Assembly: GCF_000981445.1 (NCBI RefSeq)
Contig: NC_027218.1
Coordinates: 930,001-994,000 of the forward strand
Source: Babesia bigemina
Taxonomy: Eukaryota
Length of the DNA: 64,000 nt
Direction of reading: 5' to 3'
Shown one piece after another: positions 34,193-46,198 of the stretch. The position numbers were made by a program, and so were the translations under genes. A model generated the notes under the pieces. That model saw only the letters and a program-made list of their open reading frames with translations, was not told where the DNA came from and made no database searches. Numbering within the stretch: position 1 is the stretch's first letter; every line of letters begins with the position of its first letter.

Positions 34193-36279
34193 GGGAAGTC
34201 AATAGAAGAATGACGATCATTAGAAGAGTGCCGCCAAAGATGTAGCCAAAAGCAATGGCATGGCACGTGCCGTCATGGCCACTTTGTCGACCACAAACGC
34301 ACTTTTTCGACTGAACAACCATTTTGACTCAGTCCAGTGGACACGTTACCCTGCACAGCAATGAACAACGTAACTTATACTTCAAATACCCTCAGCCAAC
34401 TGACGATATACAATGACCATACCCACACCCCTAGCCCGCCGATCCCCTTGTGCTGGGGCTACCATAAATCCAGATGTCCCAACGCTGCCATGACATGAAT
34501 ATCCAATACCCAAGCATGTGGCGAGGCGCATGCTAATAATCAAGTGAGACTTCCATCTCGACAATACCGGTGTCTCCTGTCTAGAAGTATGAGCAGAGAC
34601 GTATCAATCGGCAACGTGCTCGCAAAGCTTCATAATATCAATTATTAGCACAGATGCGATGTTATATACCAACCTACACTCTATGCCGGAGCAGTTAAGA
34701 ATTCATGATTGCCATACATAATTTACGGAGCTCTGTTTTAACTTGAAAGTGCCGTTAAACCGTGTCGATGCAGTCTTCATAGCATCTCTGCGCCAATCCG
34801 TCCAGCTGCATCCAAACCCTCCAGGGGAGAGGCGCCTTCTAACTGTTGAGGGGTTAGCGGCATGCCGCTTCTCCCCAGCTTGCGCCGGCCCTACCCTTCC
34901 TCCACTGAAAAACGGCATGACCTCAGTCGTCGCATCTAGCATCAGCTGCTGGTGCTCCCGTCTGACTCGTTGCAGTACACTGGTCGCTCCCGTTTGCGTG
35001 CTACTAGTACGCCTATCTCCAGTATCCGATCATGTCCTCGCCCTCCGCATCGCGGTAGGACTTCGCCTCCATGACGGCGTGTGTCCATTCGACAGACTTC
35101 TTGCCGTGATATGTCGTAGTAAGCCTCTCCCTCCGAGCCAATGCGGGGATCGTTCCTTGGCCTATCCGTGAGGCGGCCCTGTTGTCCGGCCGCTCCGCTT
35201 TCTTTCCGTGCATAAGGCTATATCCACTCCCCCGGGGGCATATAACGAAGTTGTTGCTTTTAACACATATATTGAAAACGCATTCGCGTTGTTGTTCCGT
35301 GTTGTACGAGACATTGACTCTAAACTTGCCGACGTATCCATCCACCAGAGGCCACCTTGGCATGTTCACCTGCCCCGTGCCGAAAATCATGTGGCGCATA
35401 TCAACACGCTATTAGCGTACTTCGAATGTGTTCTGTCAACGTCTTGAGCTAAACAGGATACGACCCCGAATGTGCAATAAAACATATCATCCAAGCGCTA
35501 TTGTACAGATGTCATTAACTCCAGCAATGAAGAACGTGGCGTAACAGCAAGATCATGCGGCGCCATCCCCAGCTATATGCACCATGATTAGGTGAGACAT
35601 TGCGCCACTTAAACTGATGGTTGCCCCTGTTGTTGAACTAGTCAATGAAAATTTATGAGTGGCTGAGGCTAACCAATGTGCTCAACACACATGTTACGGA
35701 ACCATTGTATGAGTTGATCAATGTGGCATAAATACACCGGTAGCAGTCAAATGGATTAAAACTCCGAGTGCTTGGGCATATAATCATGATATTCTTCAGA
35801 GTCTGTGGCAATGGTTTAGCGCAGTCCCCGTCCCCTTACCCAGCCGAAGCCGTCATTCACTTCACTCAGGCACTTAGATGCCAAGCGTAGAAATAAGTCG
35901 GAAATGTGTGTTGAACTATTATGACAAGTCACGAAAATGTTGATCCGGCGCTACCTCATTGATCACTAACGACCTAAGAAAGGCGGTGGGTGACAGGGTG
36001 GATTGTGAAGCTGGGTGACTGGTCGGCCACCCATATTGGCATCTTTAAACTAATGTGCTAGGTGAATCTGCGGTATACGTGTTAGGTGATTTGATGGCAC
36101 GAGATAAGGATTGGACCTGTGGATAGGTGACGACTAAGGCACTGATAGGCGAGATGGCCAGTGAACGGCTGAGTGACGTGATATGGATGCCAACGGTGTA
36201 AACAATAAACATATTAACAACGCTATGTGGGTCAGCCATGAACTTCTCAGCAAGCAAAAGTGAAGACATTCATAAGCGG

Positions 36280-36545
36280 TGTTGGCAACCTTGTACGGTC
36301 TGTGATGGATGGAGTTGACTGGGTGACTGGTACCGGTTGAACTGCATGCCAGTGCTAGGATACCGTTCACATGCTTTATCTTGGTTGTACTTCAGTTGTG
36401 ATAGCTGCATAGTTGTGATGTGACTGGAGGTGTGCTGGATGAAGGTAGCCCTGTTGGTGGTGCAGCCGATGGGAGAAGGCAGTGTCCTTGGCTGAGGTAC
36501 GTGGTTCATGGTTTTGTAGGTTGAGGGCAAGGTATATAAGGAAAG
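36280..36545 (+). promoter_or_regulatory. Conserved upstream/5'UTR element of the Cys-rich genes
   Basis: Aligns by eye with 58620-58901 and 57420-57725. Confidence 0.7.
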
Positions 36546-36911
36546 ATGAGTGGTGCCTGTAAGTGCCGTCTAAGTCGCAGAAGGTGTGACGGCGAACAGT
36601 GTATATGCTGTAAGCAGTGTTGTAAAGAGTGTACGGACCTAGATATTTGTTCACAATGTTCATCTGGAGAAAGAGGTCGCAAAGATAGTGATAGCTGTAA
36701 TCATATTAACTGTAAGACCCTATGTAAACCAAATTGTGAATGCTCATGTTGTTATAGTAGACGTGCACGGCTTGCCGCCGCTGTAATCGCCTTCGTCATC
36801 ATCATCCTCATACTGCTAATCCATTTATTCGTCTTTCAAATTCTGCCTTTACCCCATCTGCGGGAATATATCGTCCGTAAGTTGCCGTTTTGCATCGCAT
36901 TCTACAACTAA
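36546..36911 (+). CDS. Small Cys-rich C-terminal-TM protein, paralog 2 (121 aa)
   Basis: CICCKQCCKEC...CECSCC, TM and tail VRKLPFCIAFYN; no Ser/Pro linker. Confidence 0.8.
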   Translation: MSGACKCRLSRRRCDGEQCICCKQCCKECTDLDICSQCSSGERGRKDSDSCNHINCKTLCKPNCECSCCYSRRARLAAAVIAFVIIILILLIHLFVFQILPLPHLREYIVRKLPFCIAFYN

Positions 36912-37858
36912 GTCTAACACTTTGTATTGTCGCACTTGTATAAATGATTCAAACATCAAGGCCATAAATCTTGTCTAATAATGTATTATCAAATGTTTCG
37001 TAATACAGCATAGACGTCTAACCAGAGGCAATCACGAATTATATCGGCACATAGCATTGGATGCACATTGGCGATTCAATGGAATTAAGTTAATTCGCCT
37101 GTAACACGTATTACCATGACGTCATAACATGCTTTTGCATCCGATACCACAAAAGACGGTGCACCCACGTGCAATATTCATTGCTACTTTACCGCCACAA
37201 CCCTGATGAAAATCGCTATCTTTAAAGTGCCACGGCTAACGCACGCAGCCACTTAAGTACAATCATGCGTGTAATGTATTTTTAAGTTGAATATTTGGGT
37301 TGGGTTGTAGCATTAATCACCATATTAGGATCCTAGGTCGGAATTTTGGGCATAGCGTACAATGTTCCCAAACAATTCCATGCATAAACTCCTTCCCTCA
37401 TGGGTTCATCTATGTCATTAGTGTTACTGTAACAAGATGTCATCAATATAACAAATATACGTAAGCGTCGATGTAGGAATCATCGATGCGTTTTCACTCC
37501 CAGCATGGAGTTTGATAAGGTGCAGAACTTTGTTTCACGCGAAACCATTTGTGGTCATATACATTGGAAACCAAATGGCACTGGCGATGAATCTATATTA
37601 TATTTGATGGTGAAAGTAGATTACACCCATGTCAATAATAATACGACCATACACCCCGCTAAAGGATGGCAGCTACATCACATAAGTCATGAATATAATT
37701 CTGGTATAACCATAGAATCATGCTTTGTATGCAAGTGAAACTTCATATGGTTGCTGCAATCGTGCACATACAAATGCAAAAACAGCAGCTTTTGAGCTCA
37801 GACGTGTCTAATATTAATGCCGACAAACGTTTACCGTAAAAGGCACATATGGCAAGCT

Positions 37859-38137
37859 TCAACCCGTAGAAGACGAATTCATGCGCGAAACGGCCTCCGC
37901 GTGCTTGCGCTTCTCAGCTGCTAGCATATCTTCCCCTTCGTCGGAGCGACGGCGATTGTAGCAGTACAAGGAGACCGTAGCAGCTAACAATACCCAGAAC
38001 TGCGGCGTTAGCGGGGTCCAGTTGCGCTCAGGCACAAGTGTGTTCCACAAACGCTCGGACATACGGGCGCGTTCCGACGAAAAATTGCAGCGTGCGGGAA
38101 GCCAGCCGCGGGGCGGTAGGAGGCGCCGGAGCATCAT
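37859..38137 (-). CDS. Small putative mitochondrial single-TM protein
   Basis: 92 aa; Arg-rich presequence MMLRRLLPPRGWLPARCNFSS; hydrophobic FWVLLAATVSLYCY. Confidence 0.6.
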   Translation of the reverse strand: MMLRRLLPPRGWLPARCNFSSERARMSERLWNTLVPERNWTPLTPQFWVLLAATVSLYCYNRRRSDEGEDMLAAEKRKHAEAVSRMNSSSTG

Positions 38138-38370
38138 GGGCGAATGATCTTTGCCTTACGGATGTGCATAAGCATCTCGCAAATGCCTATAAGAAATTAA
38201 AACGCGTACAAAACAGACGTACCTGAGCACACCAGCACGAAGAGCAAGAAGGCGAGCACGTAGAAACTGATGGTACGACGCTGCCCAGAAGTCTTGGTGC
38301 CGCCAGTGGATGCCACCTTCGTGGCGAACTTTTCGTTCCTAAGCCCGATCTTGCGCGATATGGCCGACAT
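38134..38370 (-). CDS. SERP1: Stress-associated ER protein SERP1/RAMP4, 2 exons, 66 aa
   Basis: Exon 1 MSAISRKIGLRNEKFATKV...YVLAFLLFVLVCS, intron 38187-38222, exon 2 GICEMLMHIRKAKIIRP*. Size and the NEKF-plus-TM layout fit RAMP4. Confidence 0.75.
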
Positions 38371-38745
38371 CGTGAACTGATAACCAGTAACACCGCACGC
38401 CATGGGGGCCGATGCAACACACCCCGTGATACGTCACCGGGATCCAGTATCGCGCCACGATTGGAGCAGCGGCGTGTTTTTATTATATAGATGTTTAAAA
38501 TGTGTACACATCCTATTAACATGTCACACGAGTCTCCCGTTATATGGTTGGTGTGAAAGGGGTTGACTGAGCATCCCGCACACCTCTAATGTGATTTCAC
38601 GCCGCCCAGGGCTACCAGCCTGTGAAATAAGCTGTGTGTATCACGATTATATTGTCATTAGTGCTGTTTTCCAAGCGGTGTGTGTAGCTCAGCTACCGCA
38701 CATCAGCCATCTACGTTGATGGCGCAGCAGCGCCGCACTGCAATC

Positions 38746-41700
38746 TCACTTCTTGCCGCGAGGGGCGGCTTTGGCAGTAGCACGCTTCTTCGCGGGCTTC
38801 TGATTCTTTTTGACAAGTTTGCCTTCGCTTGCGGAGGATTCGGCATCCGACTCTACGGGGGGCTCCGCCTCATCCTCGTCGACAATGCGATCGACCGTCT
38901 CCTTCTTGCGTTTCATGGGTGCCACCTTTACGCTTAGCTCGTTGAGGCGCTTGGTCAACGCTGTTTTCTTACGGGTTTCGACCTTTTCGTATAGGTTTTC
39001 CTGCGACTTCAATCTCAGGGAGCACAGCGCATCCACCACCAGATCGCGGTTGAGACCGTAAGACTCGATCAGAGCGGCGGTTGCGTCAATGTCACCCGTA
39101 GCTAGCTCTTTCATGATCTGCGGGACGTTAGTTGCCTCAAGCAGGGGGGAACTTGCGTAAATGACCTCTAGTATTACGGAAGCAGGTCACAAATAGGCAT
39201 CACAGTACCACAACTAACTTACAGCACAGGGATACGAATGCCACGCAATACGCGTATTTTAGCAATAATGTATGAGTAGTTATTCAAAGTACGCATTAAA
39301 CAAGAAGCAAACACGTAAACAGTGATACATGGCGACAGGGGGAATCCGTTAACTCAAACACAATACAAAATGATTGCAAACGTAACCTACCCTGGTGTAA
39401 ATTATGTTCAGATATCCTTCCGTCACAAGGGGGTGGGAACGCACGAGAGAACGCGGGCCCAAATGCTTCCCGATCTCGCTCAAGAAATTCCTATTCTTGG
39501 TCGTGGTGGAGAAGCGGCCCAAAAACTGCGGGAACATCAGACGCTCACGGCATGTGCCACCAGATGACACTATGGCCATCGCTGGTAAAACGCTAGACAA
39601 CACTGCCAGGTCGGGGAGGAGTGAAAATGCCTGGCGCTGCGCACGGTCATATCATATGGCTAATAAACTCACGCGTTTCAGGAATTCCTCCACAATGTCC
39701 GCTTCAACGAACGTGCGCGACAATTTCTGGAGGATAGGGAGGGAGCCTCGGTGAGGGGGGAGATACTTCAAGTAGTTCTCCTGTATCATAAGCGGCATCA
39801 TGTTGTAGTCGATGAAGAAGTACTGCTCCATATCGCGCACCCTAGTTTCGAATTCCGTAGCACGGACGTTGAACAGGCGCCCAGCAGCGTCGAACAGGTT
39901 TTTGGTATGGCCGATGTCTTTGGCATCGCCAACATTCGACGACCGCTGGCTCCCGCCGGCCTCGTGTAGCGTGTTAAATTCGATGGCGTTCAAAGCGTGC
40001 CGGAAGTCGCCACCACCCTGCTCGTACAACTGAGCGACAGTATCTGCTGGGACTGTAACTCCTTCAGCATCGCAAATGAGTTTCATACGGTTGCGGAACT
40101 GTGCGAGCGTGGGAGACGAAAAACGAACGTCCAAACTCTTGTTGCCCAGGGTGGTCATTTTTTGGTTGTGACGGTCGTTGCAAATGCAAATCATGGGGCA
40201 ACGCGAACGCGGTAACAGGGCTGCGACTGCCTGCAGGCCACCACGGTCGCCAGCGCCCATACCATCAACCTCGTCTAGCAGCACGAGCGTGCGCTTCATC
40301 TCGCACTGCCCAGTGAAGGAAAACGATTGGCCTCCTGTAGCAAGCATAGATATCTTTTCGACGGCGGATTTGTTGCGCAGGTCAGACGCATTAAACTCGA
40401 CGCATTCGTAGCCGCATTCTGCAGCCACCAATTTCGCGGTGGTGGTCTTGCCAACGCCCGGCGGGCCCGACAGTAATGCGCAGGCGGGCCCAGAACCAGG
40501 CGACCATGACTGCAGCCACTCAACTACCTTGCGAATGTTATTCTCGTTGCCAGCCAAGTCGCTGAGGCGTGATGGGCGGTACTTCTCACAGAACGGAAGC
40601 TTGTGTCCGGACTCAGCTCCCGCTTTCGTTAGGGGAGCGGAGGGCATGTTCTGCTTAGTGGCTTCAGATTTCATTGATTCGGCCATGCTGTTGCACACTT
40701 TGTCATAGTCAATCAATTCCAAAAATTGAGCTTCATTCAATATGCGTATATCCGCGCGTTGTTGCTTGTTGAGTTCAACGGCCTTCTTGTATTTGGTACC
40801 CGTTTTATAGTGGCGGCCGTCCTCAAGCTTTTCACCGCACACCAAATAGTTAGTTTTACCGCTAACACCAGTGACGGGAATGCCTCCAAGCTTGCGCACG
40901 AGTTGCAGGACTGAATCACGATCGATGGCTTCCAAGACCCCGGTGAAAACGAACCGCATACCGTCCACCTCACCCTCAGGAATTCGTGCATCTAGAGTAG
41001 CATTCCTCTTGCCACTTCGTACCGGAGAAGTTGCTGCGGATGAATTGGCCGACGATGGAAGCACTTCATCGTCGCCGAAGAGGTCGGCAGCACCGTGACT
41101 GGCAGACAGCGTGCGCTCCACTTTCTCAGGTACGGGCTTGGTAAGAGCAGTTTGAGTCGTTATTTCTGATTTAACATCCGCAGTTTTACTCAATTCACGC
41201 TTAGGTGATTGCTTCGCCCGTTCACTTCTGACGGGAGAGGTAAACATAGATATGGGAGACGCTTTTCCCGCTGGATCACCTACGCCGACGGAACAAAGAT
41301 AGCTGTCCAAGTCGATGCTAGGCTTTCTTGCCTTTGTCACCTTCTCTGACAGGTTAACCAAGTTTTTACCGCTCGTTGTGTAGCAGTCAATGTCCAGCTG
41401 CACGTCGCTTGTCTTGCCTATACCCTCAGCGGGAGAAAATGCGGCTCCCCCTTGCTCATCCTTCAGATATGTACGCACAGTAGCACCGCTTTCTTTCTGT
41501 GGCTGTGCAGCGGTGACGCCTGGCTGGTCGAGAAGCCCATCCGAGTCGTCGTCAGAGTCGACCAGCCTCTTCAACCGCTTACGCCTACCGCCGATGGCAA
41601 CTTCGTCGTCTTCATCGCCCTCGCGTTTAACACTGGCGACTACTGAATTCGTATCGCCCTGTTTAACTCCATGGGACACGGCCGATTCGTCTATAGACCG

Positions 41701-41814
41701 GCGGATGGTGGTCTTAAGCTCGCCAGTAAAGGCACGCTCAGACGGTCTTTCCGGCTCCTCCGGAGCTGCAGGAGCGGCCTTCTTAATGCCACCGAAAAAG
41801 GAGCGGATATCCAT
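38746..41814 (-). CDS. RFC1: Replication factor C subunit 1, multi-exon
   Basis: MDIRSFF start; BRCT domain (FVFTGVL...VSGKTNYLVCG); EKYRP; Walker A GPPGVGKTT; DEVDGMGAGDRGG; FPQFLG; C-terminal KTALTKRLN. Introns near 39634-39672 and at 39118-39390. Confidence 0.95.
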
Positions 41815-42420
41815 CCTTCTAACACTCACCTCGGGAATATCCAATGAGGCGATGTGTAAGGCGACGTCAACGACAGCGGCAACGCGGGATCGTCCGAAGT
41901 ATCATATCCTAGCACTTTTCAACGACAGTTCACGCAAATGGCATAAAATAAATATTTTGGGTCGTAAATGCCCTGGTGTAGTGGCGATGGTAACATCAAT
42001 ATATTGTAGCTGAACACAACGTCACCGGTAGGCGGCGGATACACTTTTTGCGACTAGACAACGCATTCCACGCCAATGTGTCACTGCACTTAAAACCGAA
42101 CGTCAATAGTCGACGTCATGTGTGGTAATGGTAAACGATATAATTGCGTTGCCTTTGCGTTCCACATGGTAACTAGGTGGTGAAATCCATAATGTCATAG
42201 ACACACGTCCTGAGCCTATATTAGCAATCTCATGGTCACAAATAGTCTCAATAACGGGTCTACGGTAGTAAGACACCGTTCCTATTGCCGAAAGCACGCA
42301 CATGCGAACACAGCTGTATGTAAATGATTGAAATAGCCGATGTTATCTTGGCGCTGCGCATATGTTGAACCGATAGCGCGACGCCTCGAGGGCAGATAGC
42401 AATCACATAGATAACCAGAT

Positions 42421-43484
42421 CTACATGTCCAACGCACGCTCAATAGCACACACCAGCTTGTAACAGGTGCTCATGGCGGTAGGGTAGGTTGTGGAGATGG
42501 ATATGTTGTGATCGAAACTTGGTTCCGGCTTGCTAGTTGTTGTCTCCTCAGTTAACAGCTCATCTTCGAGATCCTGCGAATAGGTGGGCTTGACTGGCGT
42601 ACTGTTAGCACGGTCCAGGTACTTCTTGTGGAGGTCGGCAACGCAAAGTATCCCAGATTCGTTGGGAACAGGTAGTGGTGTGTAGTGGCTCAAGGATACA
42701 TATATCCACAAATTGCCGAGATCGTCCTTCACCGTGTCCGCGAAGAAGGTCTCGGCGCACTGTAGCCGACCACGACTGGACACTGCAACCTTTACACCCC
42801 CCTCACCTAAATCCTCAAGACGCTGGTCCATGCGCTCAACCAGCACTGTCGCATCGTCTCCTTCGGGTTTCAGGCACCGCGCGTTGGTATGCAGGTACTT
42901 GGCCATAACCTTGTTGAACACCTTGAAGGTACGAGGAATACGAAATGCAGGGTAAAAGCGGTACAGTTGGGAGTTAAGAGTGTGAACCCAAATGCACATA
43001 CGCCCTTCCTTGTTTAGGATCGAATCGTGGAGTGCAAGTAGACAAAAGTGCAAAATGTCAGGACGCACATCCTTCCAGTTGCGGCGGCGGAACTTCCCCT
43101 CGGAAGCAGCGGAATCCTCGGTCACATCTTCTTCCTCCAAATTTTGATCTGCGTCCTGTTCCGAAGGCTTGGAAGTTGCGACTTCTCTGTGAAGGAATGT
43201 AGATGGTATGCAACAGTTTCACGTCACTCCCCAAAGCAATGTGTATCCTTCCAACGCTAAACAAATGCTGCCATAAACACTAATATAAAACGTCAAGAAA
43301 TAGGAAAACGTTCATCACATAGCGCATTGTGGCACATCATAGACAAAATCAGACAATTAGACACCCACCGGTAGTGATCCTCCTCGTTCAACAGCGTGAA
43401 CGACTGAGGGAGCGACCGCCGCTTGTGAGACCTTTCGCGGTGCAGCTCCAGACTGGCATTACACAAAACAAAATTTATCGCCAT
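42421..43484 (-). CDS. EMG1: EMG1/Nep1 rRNA pseudouridine methyltransferase, 2 exons
   Basis: FVLCNASLE, LLNEEDH, RPDILHFCLLALHDSILNKEG, RIPRTFKVF; intron 43187-43367. Confidence 0.85.
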
Positions 43485-43586
43485 CCCTAAAAAGAGCCGC
43501 GAAAATGGCGACTGAAACGCCCAAGCAACACAACAACGTCAACGACTCGTGCCGCTCCAGGTTGTGATTACACATATCCTTTCAAA

Positions 43587-44525
43587 ATGGCGAAAACCGC
43601 TAAGGTCAAGGGATACGGTGCTTATTGGAAGGGCGACATAAAAAACAAGACGATCAAGCGCAAGAACAAACAGTATATCTCCGATCAGCGCTGCCTACAG
43701 GTATATAAAAAGGAGCTGCAGAAACTGAACGAGGGCACCGCAGCTGATGAGGCTACCTGCAGCAACAACGTAAATACAGAAGCAAAAAGTACTAGTGGGC
43801 ACCGATCCAATGTGCAAACTATCGCAGAACACGACGTCAAAATAATCAAACCCCAAATCGAAACAGTTTACTACGTGAACGGCGCGCATCCAAGAGGTGA
43901 CGCTAATGCTACCCACTACAGTAAGAGGAGGGAACTATCTGGCGAAGGGAAGAATTCAAGACGGAAGACTGATGGTGCTACTCGTGATGCAAGTGTCGCT
44001 CCAGAGGTGAACTGGAGTCTCGGTGGTCGCATTTCGGAAAGCAACCAGGAGTCAGACAACGAAAGTGATGTGATTGACAGTGAGTCTGACTCTGGAGAAC
44101 TTGAAAATGATGATCTGCAAACGAGCGCCGCAACGTCTGATGATCACGGCGAACAAACTGCGTCCCGTTCGAGCCCTTCCAAAAAGGGTAAAGACAAGGC
44201 TAAGGCACGGCTGACTGATGGCAAATCCGATGCTAAAGCGTCGAGTACTGAGGACAAAACGAACAAGAAACAGAAGGGTAAATTCACCGGTGTTTACGCC
44301 AAAGCCCTAAAACTCAGAGAAGAAAAGGCCAAAATCAGGCAACAGCAACATAACGAAAGGGTAGAAAAGATCAAACAGAAGAAACGAGAAATCAGAGAGA
44401 AGAAGCAAGAGAGGTACGCCAGACACAGGCTGTTGGGCCAGAAGACCAAGCGGGGCCAACCCATCATGGCAAACGTTATATCGCACCTAATGAATAACTT
44501 CCAGAAAAAACACAACCAAAAATGA
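43587..44525 (+). CDS. FYV7/TAP26(CCDC59)-like rRNA-processing protein
   Basis: Basic N-terminus, acidic low-complexity middle, coiled coil ending in KTKRGQPIMANVISHLM. Confidence 0.65.
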   Translation: MAKTAKVKGYGAYWKGDIKNKTIKRKNKQYISDQRCLQVYKKELQKLNEGTAADEATCSNNVNTEAKSTSGHRSNVQTIAEHDVKIIKPQIETVYYVNGAHPRGDANATHYSKRRELSGEGKNSRRKTDGATRDASVAPEVNWSLGGRISESNQESDNESDVIDSESDSGELENDDLQTSAATSDDHGEQTASRSSPSKKGKDKAKARLTDGKSDAKASSTEDKTNKKQKGKFTGVYAKALKLREEKAKIRQQQHNERVEKIKQKKREIREKKQERYARHRLLGQKTKRGQPIMANVISHLMNNFQKKHNQK

Positions 44526-44668
44526 ATGTCCTTCATTTATTATATATGCGCCATTCGTTGCAATCTTTGATTGCGTAGGCTCCTAAGTAGGAGCAACATC
44601 AGCTGGGTATAGTGTCGTCTGCTGATAATTAACAACCATTCGCCAGTCTAGCGCCTCTAGAGCCACAT

Positions 44669-45992
44669 CTATGAGTCCACAGATGTTTCCCCTCCAGCTT
44701 CCGAAGATTCAGCGCCTGATTTACCCTTGCGTCGGCGTTTTCGTTTCCGCGGTTCCTGATATTCAATAAGCTACTACATTGACACTGGCATACCTGATGT
44801 TCTGTAGAGGCATCTGCGATAGTAGGTTTAGATGTTTGTTGGGGTTTCGCAGCTTTCCGTTTGGGTTTCAAACAGCTTAGCGGGTTGGGATTTTTGGTTT
44901 TTTTCTTTTTCCGCTTGACAGGTGCATAACTGGCATCCGACAACACGGGCAAATAAGGCTTCTCCCAATCTTTGGGGAGGAGTTTACCCTTTTCAACCTG
45001 TGAGCGTATTTGCCCCTTTATCACATAGACATACGAATTCTTTATATTCTTTGGAGCTCTTCGCAGGGTGCTCGAGAAACATGACGTTGTTGTTCAGCTT
45101 CACAATGGGTACATCCCCAGACTTGCGCAACCAGCCGATCAAACTCTGGTCCTGAGTGGCAACGAACAACTTCTGTGAGTTGCCGGATGACACTGCGCTT
45201 GTAATGCAACGACGCGAATTGGCACCCTTGTCGCTTGATCCATGCGTGCAGTTAAGTCTGTATATTTTCCACCGCATTCGCACCTTAAACACACCTCTGA
45301 TAACGCTTCAAGGACAAACTAGCGCCGGACATCTCCTCCCCCATGTCACGAAGCTCATTCAGGATGCAGTTGGTAACATCTGCAGCACTTGTTAACCTTG
45401 TAAATGGGGACGAAACACATGTGAATAACATTGATTTGCCACAGTTAACAGCGCATTAAGCAGATACTCGGCTGCGCTAATTGAGCAGAGAGCAGCACTC
45501 CACGCATAAGAGCTCTAACTGGCGGGGCTTGACAAAATCAAGACAAAAGAACATGTAGGAAGCTACACTAGATCTTTAAATATCATGAAACGTATATGGA
45601 TAATACCGTATTAGCGTTTCAATGTGCTCGCATTTGGCAACAGTGAGAACATGAAACCAGACATGTTAGATGTACGACAGTAATATACTCAAAGAATGAG
45701 ACTGTATAACCCTACATACTTCGCCGTCACGTACGGATCGCACATATATAACGGTAATAAACGGTAGGGAAACTTACAAGTGTGAGTAGTGCCACCAAGA
45801 AGCTCTGTTATTTTATCCTTGACATGGATGCGATGCTTCAGCGCAGCATACGCAAATGACCCGTCCACTGCTAGAAGTTACACCTACGTTTCATACACAC
45901 CCACCTAGCACGCGGTAAGGCTCCGTGAGATCGTAGAGCTGCCGATAAAAATCAAGCGTTCGCTTGATTCGTTTGTTTTTGCTCCCCTTCAT
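44669..45992 (-). CDS. UTP23: rRNA-processing PIN-domain protein UTP23, multi-exon
   Basis: Spliced product MKGSKNKRIKRTLDFYRQLYDLTEPYRVLVDGSFAYAAL...VTNCILNEL...FVATQDQSL...KNPNPLSCLKPK. Confidence 0.88.
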
Positions 45993-46198
45993 CTTAGACA
46001 CCCTTCATTAGACAGCACGTTTTCTTTGCGATAGATGGTTATTGTTCACATAAGGTTGTAAATTTTTCATTTTGACGGCTCATTGGAATAGAAGGCGACC
46101 GCACTCCGAGCTCGAGGTAGAGTATTGTAAGGTCGAGCAGACATAACAAAATATTTCCGTCCTTCCGCCATTATAGACACCGAAGAAATTTATGCGCA

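Noticed and set aside
35000..35040. Minus-strand peptide HDRILEIGVLV resembling a DEDDh exonuclease motif
   Set aside because: Too short, and the upstream DxExTG motif is missing.
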